NCBI GenBank assembly: GCA_039026855.1
Contig: JBCCLL010000007.1
Span: 780 to 64,779 of the forward strand
From: Pseudomonadota bacterium
Lineage (GTDB): Bacteria; Pseudomonadota; Alphaproteobacteria; Rhodobacterales; Rhodobacteraceae
Length of the DNA stretch: 64,000 nt
Reading direction: 5' to 3'
Below are positions 53,664 through 62,054 of this stretch, piece after piece. The first letter of the stretch is position 1, and every line of letters begins with the position of its first letter. A model generated the notes under the pieces. The model made no database searches and was not told the DNA's origin. It saw nothing but the letters and a program-made list of their open reading frames with translations. A program made the translations under genes and the position numbers.

Positions 53664-54964
53664 TGACCGACCTCGCCACCTGGGCCGCCGAGAGTGGCGT
53701 CAAATTCTTCCTATGCAACTTCACCGATCTTTTTGGCGTGCAACGGGCAAAGCTTGTGCCCACAGAGGCGATAGCCAGCGCTCAATCGGGCGGTGCGGGG
53801 TTTGCAGGCTTTGCCGCATGGCTCGACATGACCCCCGCCCACCCCGACATGCTGGTGATGCCCGACGTGGACAGCGTGATCCAACTGCCCTGGAAACCGG
53901 AACTGGCCTGGGTCGCGGGTGATCCGTGGATGGACGGCAAACCAGTCGCACAGGCCCCGCGCGTGGTGCTGAAAACCCTGGTCCAAGCAGCCGCCGACCG
54001 CGGCTACATGTTGCAAACCGGGGTGGAGCCGGAATTTCACCTGATCAGCGCCGACGGCACCGACATCTCGGACACGCGCGACACTCAGGAAAAGCCGTGT
54101 TACGACCAATCCGCGCTGATGCGCCGGTATGAGGTCATCGCCGAGATCTGTTCGACCATGATCGCGCTGGGCTGGGGACCGTACCAGAACGATCACGAGG
54201 ATGCCAACGGCCAGTTCGAGATCAACTGGAATTTCGGCCCCTGCCTGAACACCGCCGACCAGCACGCGTTTTTCAAGTTCATGGTCAAGGAGATCGCGGA
54301 AAAGCACGGGCTGCGCGCGACCTTCATGCCCAAACCTTTTTCGCATCTGACCGGCAATGGCTGCCACGTGCACCATTCGCTGTGGACCGCGGACGGGTCC
54401 ACTTGCGTCTTTGACGGCGAGGACGAGATGGGCCTGTCGGACCAGGCATACCACTTTCTGGGTGGGCTGATGGCGCACGGTCAGGCGCTCTGCGCGATCA
54501 CCAACCCGACCGTGAACAGCTACAAACGTATCAACGCGCCCGCGACCCTGTCGGGGGCCACGTGGTCACCGCAATCGGTCACCTATGGCGGCAACAACCG
54601 CACCCACATGGTGCGCATCCCCGATGGCGGGCGGCTGGAGTTGCGTCTGGCCGACGGTGCGGCAAACCCGTACCTGCTGCAAGCCGTGCTGCTGGCCGCG
54701 GGTCTGGATGGGCTGGAGCGCGCGCTTGATCCCGGCAAGCGGCTCGACATCGACATGTACACCGAAGGGTCCAAGGCGCGCGGCGCGAAAAAGCTGCCGC
54801 TCAACATGCTCGACGCCCTGCGGGCCTATGAAAAGGACAAACCGCTCAGCACCGCCATGGGGGCCGAGTTTTCCACAGCCTACCTCAACCTGCGCATGCG
54901 CGAATGGACGCAATATTGCCAGTACCTGACCCAATGGGAACGCGACACAACGCTCGACTGCTAG
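53663..54964 (+). CDS. glnT: Type III glutamine synthetase-like gamma-glutamylmethylamide synthetase (GmaS)
   Basis: RAKLVP, GAGFAGFA, GVEPEF, KPCYDQ.ALMR, DHEDANGQFE, ATFMPKP, NSYKR, NNRTHMVR; context with mgsABC. Confidence 0.9.
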   Translation: MTDLATWAAESGVKFFLCNFTDLFGVQRAKLVPTEAIASAQSGGAGFAGFAAWLDMTPAHPDMLVMPDVDSVIQLPWKPELAWVAGDPWMDGKPVAQAPRVVLKTLVQAAADRGYMLQTGVEPEFHLISADGTDISDTRDTQEKPCYDQSALMRRYEVIAEICSTMIALGWGPYQNDHEDANGQFEINWNFGPCLNTADQHAFFKFMVKEIAEKHGLRATFMPKPFSHLTGNGCHVHHSLWTADGSTCVFDGEDEMGLSDQAYHFLGGLMAHGQALCAITNPTVNSYKRINAPATLSGATWSPQSVTYGGNNRTHMVRIPDGGRLELRLADGAANPYLLQAVLLAAGLDGLERALDPGKRLDIDMYTEGSKARGAKKLPLNMLDALRAYEKDKPLSTAMGAEFSTAYLNLRMREWTQYCQYLTQWERDTTLDC

Positions 54965-55051
54965 ACGCGCGGCACGGGGTGCTAATGCGCAAATGCCGTC
55001 CGGCGGTTCGGCGATATCCAGACACGCGTAATCTGCAAACCCGACCGCTGC

Positions 55052-55480
55052 CTATGACCCGCCACCCGCCTGCGCGTGGCTGTCATGCAGAAAACTGCGC
55101 AGATCAACCACGTCTTTGGCGTCCAGCGAGACATAGATAAAGCCCATGTTGGTCCGCTCCGTCACCATCTCACCAGGATAGGGCAGATAGCTTAGCTCGC
55201 GCGAGCCAAAGGACGGCGACGCCGTGCCAACCTGCCACTCGGTGGTCAGTTGCACGTCCACGAGCTTCATCGACGCGCCCCCGTCCGGCGCAGGACGCTC
55301 CAGCGGCACATTTGCCAGGCGCAGATAGGCCATCTTGTCCTTGGCCGCGACAAAGCCGTCGATGAACTGCGTGGCCAGCACCTGCAACTCCGCCGCAGCA
55401 TCTTCGGGTTTGAGGTGGCTGTGCAGGTGGTCGTGGCTGTGGTTATGGCCGATATGGCCACCGACGATGTCATGGGGCAT
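55052..55480 (-). CDS. Hypothetical protein with His-rich N-terminus (142 aa), last gene of the guanidine operon
   Basis: MPHDIVGGHIGHNHSHDHLHSH...; GGAGG RBS; start overlaps the CMD gene end. Confidence 0.82.
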   Translation of the reverse strand: MPHDIVGGHIGHNHSHDHLHSHLKPEDAAAELQVLATQFIDGFVAAKDKMAYLRLANVPLERPAPDGGASMKLVDVQLTTEWQVGTASPSFGSRELSYLPYPGEMVTERTNMGFIYVSLDAKDVVDLRSFLHDSHAQAGGGS

Positions 55481-55874
55481 CCGCGCCCTCCTCCTTTTCT
55501 TGGGCAAAGACCTCAAGTGCGGCGTTCAACCCGTTGATGGCCGCAGGAAACCCGCCGTAAAGCGCCATCTGCCAGATCACTTCGCCGATCTCCTGCTGGC
55601 TCAGCCCCGCCTTGCGCCCACCTGCGATATTGACCTTGAGCTGCGCCGCCGTCTGCCCGCCAAGCGCGGTCAACGCCGCGATGGTGGCAAGATAACGGTC
55701 GCGGAGCGGCAAGCCGGGCCGCGCGTATTGCCGCCCATAGGCAAAGTCGACAACCCCCTCGGCCATGCCAGGCACCAGATGACCGTAACGCGACTCCAAC
55801 GTGGTCTCCATGCCGGGGTTGAGCGTTTCGGCAAGGGCGCGCCCCGCCTCAAGGGTGCTTGGTGTGTCGCTCAT
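55470..55874 (-). CDS. Carboxymuconolactone decarboxylase (CMD/AhpD-fold) family protein
   Basis: FAYG..YARPGL..RDR.L.TIAALTALG, AGLS..EI.EVI.Q..LYGGFPAA; no CxxC. Confidence 0.88.
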   Translation of the reverse strand: MSDTPSTLEAGRALAETLNPGMETTLESRYGHLVPGMAEGVVDFAYGRQYARPGLPLRDRYLATIAALTALGGQTAAQLKVNIAGGRKAGLSQQEIGEVIWQMALYGGFPAAINGLNAALEVFAQEKEEGADAP

Positions 55875-55877
55875 AAC

Positions 55878-57119
55878 TCAACGCTCCGTCCTGCCGTGCC
55901 AGCGCTTCCCTTCAAACGCGCCGTGCGGGATCGTCACCGGCTTGTCGATATGGGCCGTGTGCTTGCCCAGATTGCCTGACGCCACAAGGCTGCCCAGCAC
56001 ATCCACAATCACCCGAGTGCCCATCAGCGCCGTGATGTCCGAGGTGTCGTAGGGCGGCGAGACCTCGACCAGTTCCATGCCGCAAATCCCTTCTGCCGCG
56101 ACCTTGGAGGCCAGCGCCAGCGCCTCACGCGGCAGGAACCCGCCCGGCTCCGGCCAGCCGGTGCCGGGGACAAAGCCGCAGTCGATGCTGTCGATGTCAA
56201 AAGACATATAGACCATATCGACCCCGTCCCACGCCATCTCCAGCGCCATCTCAGCGGTCTTGTCGATGCCCATCTTCTCCATGTCGGACATGGTGATGAT
56301 GTTCGTCTCGCGCTCGCGGGCCACTTTCACGGCCTCGCGCGGGACCTGCCAGCCGCCGATGCCCACCTGCACCAGGTTCTTGGCGGGCACGTTGGGCAGG
56401 TTGGTGGAATGAAACCACGGCGTGGTGTGCATCCGCTCGTCCAGGTCTTTCTCCTGAATGTCGGCGTGGCGGTCGAAATGCACAATCCCGATCTTCTTCG
56501 ACGTGCATTCGGCAATGCCGCGCACGCAGGGAAAGCCGATGGAGTGATCGCCCCCGATCATGATCGGCAGGCTGCCGCTTGAAAACACATGGCTCACCGC
56601 GCGGCTGATCTGGTCAAAGCTCTTTTCGATATTGGCTGGGATCGTAAACACATCGCCCGCGTCGCACAGCGTCATCTGTTCACGCAGATCGACGCCCATC
56701 TCGTAATTATACGGCGTATAAAGCGCGCTGATCTTGCGCACGCCCTGCGGTCCAAACCGGGTGCCGGGACGGTATGTGGTGCCCCCGTCAAACGGGATCC
56801 CCAGAACAGTGGCATCATAGTCTTTCACCTCCGTGACATCTTCGGTGTAGGGCGCTTTGAGAAAGGTGTTGATGCCCGCGTAATGCGGCAACTCTCCGCG
56901 CGCGAAGGTTGGGATGGACTTGTCTTCGATGCTGTCGGCGCCGGTCAGCCCCATGCGCAGGGCCCAGCGGCGTTCTTCGTCCCAGCGGCCTTCGGGGATG
57001 TCGGCTTCGGCTTTCATCGACTTCCAGCCTTGCAGCTTGGTCAGATCCGGGTGGTGCTGGCGCCGGTCGCGAGGGGCGCGCAAGTCGCGCGGGTGATGGC
57101 TGCGTGAGCGGTCGGGCAT
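55878..57119 (-). CDS. gdmH: Guanidine hydrolase (GdmH/guanidinase-type ureohydrolase)
   Basis: RGELPHYAGINTF, GTTYRPGTRFGP, PYNYEMGVDLRE, GGDHS, HFDRHAD, DLDERMHTTPWFH, GIGGWQ, DIDSID.GFVPGTGWPEPGG (Trp where agmatinases have Thr); downstream of a guanidine-I riboswitch. Confidence 0.85.
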   Translation of the reverse strand: MPDRSRSHHPRDLRAPRDRRQHHPDLTKLQGWKSMKAEADIPEGRWDEERRWALRMGLTGADSIEDKSIPTFARGELPHYAGINTFLKAPYTEDVTEVKDYDATVLGIPFDGGTTYRPGTRFGPQGVRKISALYTPYNYEMGVDLREQMTLCDAGDVFTIPANIEKSFDQISRAVSHVFSSGSLPIMIGGDHSIGFPCVRGIAECTSKKIGIVHFDRHADIQEKDLDERMHTTPWFHSTNLPNVPAKNLVQVGIGGWQVPREAVKVARERETNIITMSDMEKMGIDKTAEMALEMAWDGVDMVYMSFDIDSIDCGFVPGTGWPEPGGFLPREALALASKVAAEGICGMELVEVSPPYDTSDITALMGTRVIVDVLGSLVASGNLGKHTAHIDKPVTIPHGAFEGKRWHGRTER

Positions 57120-57137
57120 GATGCGTCTCCGTTGGGG

Positions 57138-57956
57138 TTAGCCCGCCGCGCCCCGGGCGTGACCCGGGGCCTCTGCGGGCGAGAGGTCCCGGGTCAAGCC
57201 CGGGACAGGATGGTCTGCAAGGATGTTCTGAAACGGGATGCCCCCGTCACGGGCATCAAAATCATAGGTGATCGTGGCGCCGATCAGGTCAGGATCGCTC
57301 GGGTCCCAGCGCGGCTTGTCAAACACCAGCACCCGGTCGCCCAGTTTGAACCCTTCTTCCAGATCATGGGTGACCATAAACACGGTCATGCCGGTTTCCG
57401 CCCGCAGGTCCATCAGAAAATCATGCATCGACAGCCGCGTACCGGGATCAAGCGCGCCAAAGGGTTCATCGAGCAGCAGAATGCGCGGCTTGGCCGCGAG
57501 CGCCTGCGCGATGGCCAGCCGCTGCTGCATGCCACCCGACAGCGCCGCGGGATAGGCTTGCGCCATGTGATCCAGACCACAGCGCGCCAGCACCTCCATG
57601 GCGCGGTCACGCGCGGCCTGTTTGCCGGCACCAAAAAACCGGCCCCAGGGCAGGCGAAAGCTTTCTCCCGCGATCACATTGTCGATCACCGTCATATGCG
57701 GAAAGACCGAGTATTTCTGAAACACCACACCGCGGTCCAACCCCGGCTCGCGCGCCGGGTCCGCACCAGCGATGCGAATTTCGCCCCGCGTCGGTGTCTC
57801 TTGCGCCAACAAAAGCCGCAGGAATGTGGACTTGCCACAGCCAGACGCGCCCACAATCGAGATGAATTCGCCTTCATCCACGCTCACCGAAACGCGTTCC
57901 AGGATCGGGCGCGCGCCGTAAGACTGAAAGATGTTGGTCGCGGTGACAAAGCTCAC
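57138..57956 (-). CDS. ABC transporter ATPase (TauB/SsuB/NrtD-like), guanidine uptake
   Basis: GASGCGKST, LSGGMQQR, LLLDEPFGALD, VTHD; GTGA coupling to the permease. Confidence 0.93.
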   Translation of the reverse strand: MSFVTATNIFQSYGARPILERVSVSVDEGEFISIVGASGCGKSTFLRLLLAQETPTRGEIRIAGADPAREPGLDRGVVFQKYSVFPHMTVIDNVIAGESFRLPWGRFFGAGKQAARDRAMEVLARCGLDHMAQAYPAALSGGMQQRLAIAQALAAKPRILLLDEPFGALDPGTRLSMHDFLMDLRAETGMTVFMVTHDLEEGFKLGDRVLVFDKPRWDPSDPDLIGATITYDFDARDGGIPFQNILADHPVPGLTRDLSPAEAPGHARGAAG

Positions 57957-58765
57957 AGCGTCGCCTCCGTCCACGGGAAAAACCGCCGCGCAACCCAGCG
58001 CAAGGACAGGTCAATCACAAAGGCCAGCACCGTGATCCAGATCACATAGGTCAGGATCACATCCATCGCCAAAAACCGCCGCACCAGAAAGATGCGGTAG
58101 CCCAGGCCCTGTTCCGACGCGATCGCCTCCGCCGCGATCAGGAACAGCCAGGCAGGTCCCAGTGACAGCCGCAGCGCCTGGATCAACCGCGGCATCATCT
58201 GCGGCAGTGCCACCCGCAGCGCGATGACAGCCGTCGACGCGCCCAGCGTTTGCGCCTTCACGATCATCTCGCGCGGGATCTCCAGCACCCGGGTGGACAG
58301 ATCGCGGATCAGGAACGGCAGGATGCCCACGATGATCAGCACCACTTTGGACAGCTCGCCCAGGCCAAAGACGATGAACAGGATCGGCAGCACCGCCAAC
58401 GGCGGGATCATCGAGATAACCGCGACAAAGCCCGCCAGCGTGGCCCGCACATGCGGCAAAAGCCCAATCAGCACGCCAAAGATCACCGCCAGCGCCGCCG
58501 AAATGCCCACACCCAGGCTCAACCGGATCAGGCTGGCGGCAGTGTCGTGCCAGAACAGGATCTTGTCCGACCGCCGGTCCGGCTCGGTGAGCAGACGCAC
58601 CGCGGTGTCCATGATCTTGCCCGGCGCAGGCATCAGCTTGTCGGACGGGTTGACCGCCAGCCGGGCTTGCGACCCCATCGCATAGGCCACAAACAACAGG
58701 ACAAAAGGCAGGGCAATCAGCACCGCGCGCAGCGCGTTGCCGGGATGCCGGTTGATCAGACGCAT
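57953..58765 (-). CDS. ABC transporter permease (TauC/SsuC-like), guanidine uptake
   Basis: IPPLAVLPILFIVFGLGE, KAQTLGAS, AWLFLIAAEAI...GLGY. Confidence 0.93.
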   Translation of the reverse strand: MRLINRHPGNALRAVLIALPFVLLFVAYAMGSQARLAVNPSDKLMPAPGKIMDTAVRLLTEPDRRSDKILFWHDTAASLIRLSLGVGISAALAVIFGVLIGLLPHVRATLAGFVAVISMIPPLAVLPILFIVFGLGELSKVVLIIVGILPFLIRDLSTRVLEIPREMIVKAQTLGASTAVIALRVALPQMMPRLIQALRLSLGPAWLFLIAAEAIASEQGLGYRIFLVRRFLAMDVILTYVIWITVLAFVIDLSLRWVARRFFPWTEATL

Positions 58766-58786
58766 CGGCCCTGCCCCCGGTGGCCG

Positions 58787-59845
58787 CTACAGCGCGCCGT
58801 CCGCCGCCATCTGCATATAGGTGGTGTCAAACCGGAACTGCACGTTGCCTGCATCCCCCGTGGTGGACCCGTCCGGGTAGGCGATGCCCACAAAATCCGC
58901 CGACGGCGCCCCTTCGCCCAGAATGCCCTTGTCAAAGAGGAACTCGGCCACGCTGACCATCGTCTCGGGCAATTCCGCACTGGCAGTAAAGGCCACCGCA
59001 TCCGCCGGGTCATAGAACATTTCGGTCGAGGCAAGCTGCGCCTTGTAGCCCGCCAGATCAGTGCCCGAGGCTTCGGCCATGGCCGTCAGCACCGCTTCGT
59101 CGCCCGCGGCCATCAGGCCCATGACCTCGTACCACGCGCCCACCAGCGCTTTGCCGAAATCGGGGTTGGCTTCGAGCGTTTCGGTGTTCACCACCATCAG
59201 GTCGATGATCTCGCCGGGGATATCGGAGCTGTCAAAAAGCTTGGTGGCGGTGGGGTCCTCAAGGATCGTGGACACGAGCGGGTTCCACGTCACCACCGCT
59301 TCGACATCGGATGTAGCAAAGGCTGCGATCATGTCGGCATCCGACGTGTTGATCACCGATGCCAGGTCCGCCTCGCGCAGCCCCACACTGTCGAGCGCAC
59401 GCGCCAGCAGATAATGCGACACTGACAGTTCCACCAGATTGACCGGCTTGCCCGCAAGTGACGCCAGATCACCGTCCCCTTTGACGATGACCGCGTCATT
59501 GCCGTTGGAAAAGTCGCCCACAATCAGCGCCGTGGTGTCGACACCACCGCCCGCTGGGATCGATAGGGTGTCCATATTGGTGGCCGACACACCGTCAAAA
59601 GCGCCGGCGGTGTACTGATTGATCGATTCCACATAGTCGTTGATCTGCACAATCTCGACATCGATGCCGTATTTGTCGGCCCATTTGTCCATGATGCCGC
59701 TCTCTTCCAGATAGCCCCAGGGCATCCAGCCGACATAGATGGACCAAGCCACGCGAAACTCGGTTTTTTCTTGTGCGATGGCGGCGCCTGCGGTGCCGAT
59801 CAAAAGAGCAGCCGCACCTATGACGACGTGACGAAGAACTTGCAT
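58787..59845 (-). CDS. ABC substrate-binding protein ('urea carboxylase-associated' family), probable guanidine binding
   Basis: Signal peptide; AWSIYVGWMPW, DYVESINQY, TNMD, DFSNGNDA, SVSHYLL, TWNP, PGEIID; first gene after the riboswitch. Confidence 0.9.
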   Translation of the reverse strand: MQVLRHVVIGAAALLIGTAGAAIAQEKTEFRVAWSIYVGWMPWGYLEESGIMDKWADKYGIDVEIVQINDYVESINQYTAGAFDGVSATNMDTLSIPAGGGVDTTALIVGDFSNGNDAVIVKGDGDLASLAGKPVNLVELSVSHYLLARALDSVGLREADLASVINTSDADMIAAFATSDVEAVVTWNPLVSTILEDPTATKLFDSSDIPGEIIDLMVVNTETLEANPDFGKALVGAWYEVMGLMAAGDEAVLTAMAEASGTDLAGYKAQLASTEMFYDPADAVAFTASAELPETMVSVAEFLFDKGILGEGAPSADFVGIAYPDGSTTGDAGNVQFRFDTTYMQMAADGAL

Positions 59846-59935
59846 GTGGATCATCCCTTGCAACGTCCCGCCCGGATCAGAGACATGGCGAGCCGTGGCG
59901 GAACAGGAGAAAACGGCTGTATGTCAGATGCAGTG

Positions 59936-60046
59936 TTCTCCCGGGATTTTGCCCCGCCGTGTACCGGGTGGAATTTGCCACGCCGACGACCTCTCTCGGA
60001 CCAGACCCTGCGCGCTGCTGCCGCTGGCGGAACCCTAGATGCCCTG
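59936..60046 (-). ncRNA. Guanidine-I riboswitch (ykkC-yxkD motif)
   Basis: Minus strand: TCTAGGGTTCCG...GTCTGGTCCGAGAGA...TACACGGCGGGGCAAAATCCCGGGAGA; all hallmark blocks in order, ~90 nt upstream of the SBP start. Confidence 0.92.
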
Positions 60047-60119
60047 CACACGTACGGTCGCGCGGCCGGTCGGCGCATTGCAAGATTGCAGCACGGGAAC
60101 GGGTGCAAAGGCGGCGATC

Positions 60120-60167
60120 TGCCCGGAAATTACGCAGATACCCCGTGCGCCGCATAGAAATCCAGCA
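60120..60167. promoter_or_regulatory. Tandem NtrC-like sites upstream of the guanidine operon
   Basis: TGC-N11-GCA (60120-60136) and CGC-N11-GCA (60151-60167) with AT-containing cores, 31 bp apart. Confidence 0.45.
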
Positions 60168-60265
60168 GGACATACGCGTGACCGGTCGCCTGCCAGATAC
60201 GGCCGCCCGGCACACGCCCGCACGTTTCAGGTGTTGGCCACAGCGCCCAGCAACCAGAAGGTGGC

Positions 60266-61219
60266 TTAGCTTAACCGCCCCCGTTGTTTCATCGGGGCCA
60301 CGCCAAAGGTCGCCCGATAGGTGCGCGAAAAATGCCCCACATTCTCGTATCCGCAGGCCATCGCGACATCCGTCACCGACATTTCCGTCTGCACCAGCAG
60401 GTGGCGCGCACGGTGCAGCCGCAATTCGACAAAGTAACGTTTCGGCGTTGTGTTGAGGTATTTGCCAAAGAGCCGTTCCAGTTGCCGCACAGAAATCCCC
60501 AGATCTGCTGCGATGACAGAGGGCGAGATAGGCGCGTCCAGATTGTCTTGCATGTTCTTAATCGCCACTGCGAGATGCTTGTTGCGCATGGCGTGGCGCG
60601 ACTGCAGCGACGCTTTCTGCGGCGCCGATGCCTCACGCACCGCGTTGTAGACAAGCTGGTCGGCCACCTCGTTTGACAAATCCTGCCCGTGGTCCTGCGC
60701 GATCAGGTGCAGCATCAGATCCGCCGCTGCTGTGCCGCCGGACGCGGTCATGTGCCGGTCGTCGGCGACAAAGACATTGCGCACCAGATCGACCTGCGGA
60801 AACTGCTCGGCAAAGCTGTCGTGGTATTCCCAGTGGATCGCCGCCGGTCGCGCGTCTAAAAAGCCGCCCTGGGCCAGGATCCAGGCCCCCGAGCACAACG
60901 CGCCGATGTGCGTTTTGGCGTGCCGGTCGATCCGCCGCAGCGCCATGCGCAGCACCCGGGTGTCATGCGTGCGCATGTTGAGCCCGGACAGCACAAATAG
61001 GTAATCGCAGTGCGGCATCGCATCAAAGCGGTGTTCCGTCAGCACTTTGGTGCCGTTGGAACTGCACGCCGTGCGGCCGTCCAGCGATGCGAGCGACCAA
61101 GAATATAGCGGCTTGCCTGCCACCAGATTTGCGATGCGCAACGGGTCCACGGCACAGGCAAAGGCGACATGGGTAAAATCTTCGACCAGAGCGAAGGTGA
61201 AATGTGTTGCGTCAGGCAT
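60266..61219 (-). CDS. GlxA/GbdR-family regulator (DJ-1 domain plus AraC HTH)
   Basis: DPLRIAN, GALCSGAWILA..G.LD, IHWE, TASGGTAA.D, SVRQLERLF, VAMACGY...HFSR.YR..FG..P. Confidence 0.93.
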   Translation of the reverse strand: MPDATHFTFALVEDFTHVAFACAVDPLRIANLVAGKPLYSWSLASLDGRTACSSNGTKVLTEHRFDAMPHCDYLFVLSGLNMRTHDTRVLRMALRRIDRHAKTHIGALCSGAWILAQGGFLDARPAAIHWEYHDSFAEQFPQVDLVRNVFVADDRHMTASGGTAAADLMLHLIAQDHGQDLSNEVADQLVYNAVREASAPQKASLQSRHAMRNKHLAVAIKNMQDNLDAPISPSVIAADLGISVRQLERLFGKYLNTTPKRYFVELRLHRARHLLVQTEMSVTDVAMACGYENVGHFSRTYRATFGVAPMKQRGRLS

Positions 61220-61331
61220 GACCTCACCCTACCCGATAACGGCATATTATTTTAAGTGTAGACAATAGATATTTTTTGCGAAAGGGTTTCGTTAGCACGT
61301 CCACACCAGAAGTCAGAGAAAGCGGCGGTTT

Positions 61332-62054
61332 ATGACAGGACAAACACTGAGCGCCAAGGCCTTGTGCCTCTCGGATCTGCGCCAGCGGATCCTGACGCAG
61401 GTTTTTGAACCCGGCTGCTACCTCGATGAGGCGGCGCTTTCAGCCACCTATGGCATCTCCCGCCCGCCGCTGCGCGAGACGCTGAACAAGCTGGCGGGCG
61501 AAGGCTATCTGGTGCTGCACAAAAATCGTGGCGCGCAGGTCGCCCCGATGACGCACAAGACGCTGCGCAACTTCTTTGTCTCTGCGCCGATGATCTACGC
61601 CGCTGTCTCTCGGCTGGCAGCGGAGAATGCAACCGCCGCCCAGATCAACCAACTCAAGGACACGCAACGACTGTTTCGCAAGTCCATCGCTGGCGAGGAT
61701 GCCGCTGAAGGCGCGCTGATGAACCAACGCTTTCACGCAATCATCGGCGACATGGCCGACAACGAATTCCTGACCCCCAGCCTGCGCCGGCTGCTGATCG
61801 ACCACACCCGCATCGGCATCTCGTTCTACAACCCCCGCAACCGCGCGATGACACAGCAGCGCAACACCGCCGCCGACCAGCACGACCAGTTCATCGACCT
61901 CATCGACCAGGGCGACGCCGACGGTGCCGCACAGCTGGCCATCGACCACTGGGAACTGTCACGCGCCGCCATCGAAAGCTTTGTGAACCCCGCATCCATC
62001 GACATTCCGCTGGGCACCGGACCCGGCGCAGATCCGCAGCACGAGGCGCCATGA
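61332..62054 (+). CDS. GntR family regulator (FCD domain)
   Basis: LDEAALSATYGISRPPLRE.L..LAGEG; N..FH..I, DQHDQFI, HW. Confidence 0.92.
   Translation: MTGQTLSAKALCLSDLRQRILTQVFEPGCYLDEAALSATYGISRPPLRETLNKLAGEGYLVLHKNRGAQVAPMTHKTLRNFFVSAPMIYAAVSRLAAENATAAQINQLKDTQRLFRKSIAGEDAAEGALMNQRFHAIIGDMADNEFLTPSLRRLLIDHTRIGISFYNPRNRAMTQQRNTAADQHDQFIDLIDQGDADGAAQLAIDHWELSRAAIESFVNPASIDIPLGTGPGADPQHEAP

Noticed and set aside
55878-57119. Calling this gene a second agmatinase (speB) or a metformin hydrolase
   Set aside because: GdmH-specific motifs and the guanidine-I riboswitch argue against speB; there is no tandem ureohydrolase pair as in mfmAB.
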